64,000 nt of DNA from Candidatus Wolframiiraptor gerlachensis (lineage in GTDB: Archaea > Thermoproteota > Nitrososphaeria_A > Caldarchaeales > Wolframiiraptoraceae). The position numbers and the translations under genes are program-made. Of this stretch, positions 61,955 to 64,000 are shown piece by piece. Numbering within the stretch: position 1 is the stretch's first letter; each line of letters starts with the position of its first letter. Below the pieces are notes generated by a model that saw only the letters and a list, made by a program, of their open reading frames with translations, was not told where the DNA came from and made no database searches. The stretch lies in assembly GCA_021323375.2 (NCBI GenBank), contig JAJPCT020000026.1, forward strand, positions 8,574 to 72,573, written 5' to 3'.

Positions 61955-62845
61955 ATGGGATCGACTGTTAAGCGCTTTAGGCTTGATAACTATATTCCCA
62001 TACTCCTAATAGCGCCATGTTTAGGTTATATATTCTTCTTCACAATATTCCCCGCGGCATATTCTATGGCTCTTTCATTATTCTCTTGGCACTTCTTAAC
62101 TGAGGAGGCACCAACCTTTGTCGGTATAGATAATTTCGTGAAAGCCTTTACCGATTTAAGGTTCCTGATCAGCCTAAGAAACACCTTCCTAATAGGCGTG
62201 ATGGCTACATCAATAGAATTGTTACTTGGGCTTTTCCTAGCACTTTATCTGAATAAAAATGGATTATTCTATTCTGTTGCGAGGGTTATATGCTTGTTGC
62301 CAATGATGGCCACGCCTGTAGGCATTTCTTGGTCTTGGAGGATGCTTTTTAACGAGCGGTATGGATTATTCAATAAGTTTGTTAGCTTATTCGCTGGAAA
62401 GGCGCTACCCTTCCTTTCAGATCCCAGCTTAGCGGTATTCTCAATAATTTTTGTTGATGTCTGGCAATGGACATCATTTATGTTCTTGTTAACGAGCGCC
62501 GCTGTACAATCACTTCCAAGAGAACCGTTAGAAGCAGCAGAAGTCTTTGGCGCCTCTGAATGGCAAAAGATTCGCTATATTGTTTTACCAATGATATCAC
62601 CAGTATTATTGGTAGCTTTTCTCCTAAGGTTCTTGGAAGCACTCAAGATATTCGATCCAGTATTCGTACTTACTGGCGGGGGACCCGGTTACTCATCTGA
62701 AACTATAACATTCTACACATACTTTGTGACGATGAAGTTCTGGTCTTTAGGCTATGCTTCAGCGATCGCATATATATTCTATGCCCTCACATTCATCCTT
62801 TCACTTATGGTTATAGTTCAGATAAGGGGTAGGATTAGGGGGTAA
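61955..62845 (+). CDS. Carbohydrate ABC transporter permease
   Basis: FVGIDNF, DVWQWT, EAAEVFGA, KIFD and TGGGPG motifs. Confidence 0.92.
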   Translation: MGSTVKRFRLDNYIPILLIAPCLGYIFFFTIFPAAYSMALSLFSWHFLTEEAPTFVGIDNFVKAFTDLRFLISLRNTFLIGVMATSIELLLGLFLALYLNKNGLFYSVARVICLLPMMATPVGISWSWRMLFNERYGLFNKFVSLFAGKALPFLSDPSLAVFSIIFVDVWQWTSFMFLLTSAAVQSLPREPLEAAEVFGASEWQKIRYIVLPMISPVLLVAFLLRFLEALKIFDPVFVLTGGGPGYSSETITFYTYFVTMKFWSLGYASAIAYIFYALTFILSLMVIVQIRGRIRG

Positions 62846-62849
62846 GAAT

Positions 62850-63707
62850 ATGGTGTCTGAGACCACACCAGTAAGAGTTGCAAAAACAATTGGCAGGATC
62901 GCAGCACTAATGTTCACAATATTAATTCTAGTGTGGTTCCTATTTCCGTTCTACTGGTCTTTTGTAACATCATTCAAACATCCTACCGATTGGCTCACCT
63001 CAAAGTTCATACCATTCGTCGATTTTCAGCCTTCTCTAATAACTTGGGATAGAACCCTGAATTTACCTGAAACTCAGAGGGCGCTGATAAATAATATCGT
63101 GATCTCGACCTCGACGGCCACTTTGGCGTTAATATTAGGCACCCCAGCCGCTTACTCGCTAGCTAGGTTTCAATTCAAAAGATGGAAGAATAGGGATATA
63201 GCTACATTCATCCTCTCGTTGAGAATGATTCCGCCGGCCGTTGTGATTGTGCCGTTCTTTATAATAATGTCAAACTTGAACCTCCTCGATACTTGGTTAG
63301 GCATAATATTCGTTCATACGACCTTCGTGCTACCTTTCGCCGTTTGGATAATAAGGGAGTTCTTCCTAGACTTGCCCAAAGAATATGAGGAGGCTGCGTT
63401 GATAGATGGTGGATCATATCTGACGGCTTTCCTGAAGATAGCGCTGCCTCTTGCAGCGCCTGGTCTTGTAGCGGCGTGGATCTTCTGCCAAGTCTTCTCA
63501 TGGAATGAATTCCTTTTCGTGCTGATCCTTTCGTATAGCAAGTCCATTACACTTCCATGGATTATTGCTTCCGGCGAGCACTCCAGAGGTATTGAGTGGG
63601 GCCTAATATCGGCTTATACAATCCTCGCGATAATAATACCAATAACGCTAGCAATTCTGATACGCAAATATCTGGCAAGGGGATTATCGCTTGGAGTTGT
63701 AAGGTGA
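62850..63707 (+). CDS. Carbohydrate ABC transporter permease
   Basis: AAYSLARF, LRMIPP, EEAALIDG, WNEFL and RGLSLG motifs. Confidence 0.92.
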   Translation: MVSETTPVRVAKTIGRIAALMFTILILVWFLFPFYWSFVTSFKHPTDWLTSKFIPFVDFQPSLITWDRTLNLPETQRALINNIVISTSTATLALILGTPAAYSLARFQFKRWKNRDIATFILSLRMIPPAVVIVPFFIIMSNLNLLDTWLGIIFVHTTFVLPFAVWIIREFFLDLPKEYEEAALIDGGSYLTAFLKIALPLAAPGLVAAWIFCQVFSWNEFLFVLILSYSKSITLPWIIASGEHSRGIEWGLISAYTILAIIIPITLAILIRKYLARGLSLGVVR

Positions 63708-63837
63708 TATTATCTAACAATCAATATTCTTAATAGTTAAGTAGTCAGTATCTTTATGAAATCTGCATGGAATGCCTCCACCTAGTTTATGCTTTATCAG
63801 AAGGTTTAAGATTTCCATTTTTTAAGTTGTGTGGAGT

Positions 63838-64000
63838 ATGGGGCTTCGAAGTTTTATTGCTGAGGCTGAAAGACTTCTAAGATCCGCCGGGGTTCAAGAG
63901 CCGTTAGTACAGGTGAATAAGGATCCCAGCTTCGGCGAGGTCTCCTCAACGGCAGCCTTCCAGCTCGCTAAGAGCCTTGGAAAGAATCCAGTCATCATCG
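63838..64000 (+). CDS. argS: Arginine-tRNA ligase, N-terminal part (runs off the window)
   Basis: MGLRSFIAEAERLL...DPSFGEVSSTAAFQLAKSLGKNP matches the ArgRS N-terminal domain. Confidence 0.75.
   Translation, partial: MGLRSFIAEAERLLRSAGVQEPLVQVNKDPSFGEVSSTAAFQLAKSLGKNPVII

Overview
This is archaeal chromosomal DNA from a thermophilic TACK lineage. A Caldarchaeales/Aigarchaeota-like organism is the best guess, inferred from the 16S signature sequences, an arcadin-1 homologue, TopoVI-A, RadA and archaeal TATA promoters. It is mostly gene-dense housekeeping DNA: trm1, rnhB, uppS, GPN GTPase, gcvH, mobB, apgM, thiI/iscS, radA, tkt, rqc2, pheT, tyrS, nrdJ, top6A and argS. It also holds an ECF transporter-PRTase operon, a NitT/TauT-type ABC system, and two sugar ABC clusters, the second of which is AT-rich and includes an FGGY kinase. 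A solitary 16S rRNA gene (minus strand, about 51265-52760) has its own bulge-helix-bulge processing stem and no adjacent 23S. The segment from about 51700 to 58330 is riddled with indels (16S, IPCT/DIPPS, Trm14, DRG GTPase), most likely from unpolished sequence. The ORF track misses several signals: a promoter-linked, multi-branched ~205-nt RNA of unknown family (55041-55244), a canonical-looking H/ACA guide sRNA (40322-40400), a 59-aa zinc-ribbon protein and a tandem operator upstream of the ECF operon. Among proteins in the track, an orphan arcadin-1 and a THUMP-less ThiI beside a cysteine desulfurase stand out. I saw no CRISPR array, tRNA or transposase. All family calls come from motif recognition by eye, not from database searches.
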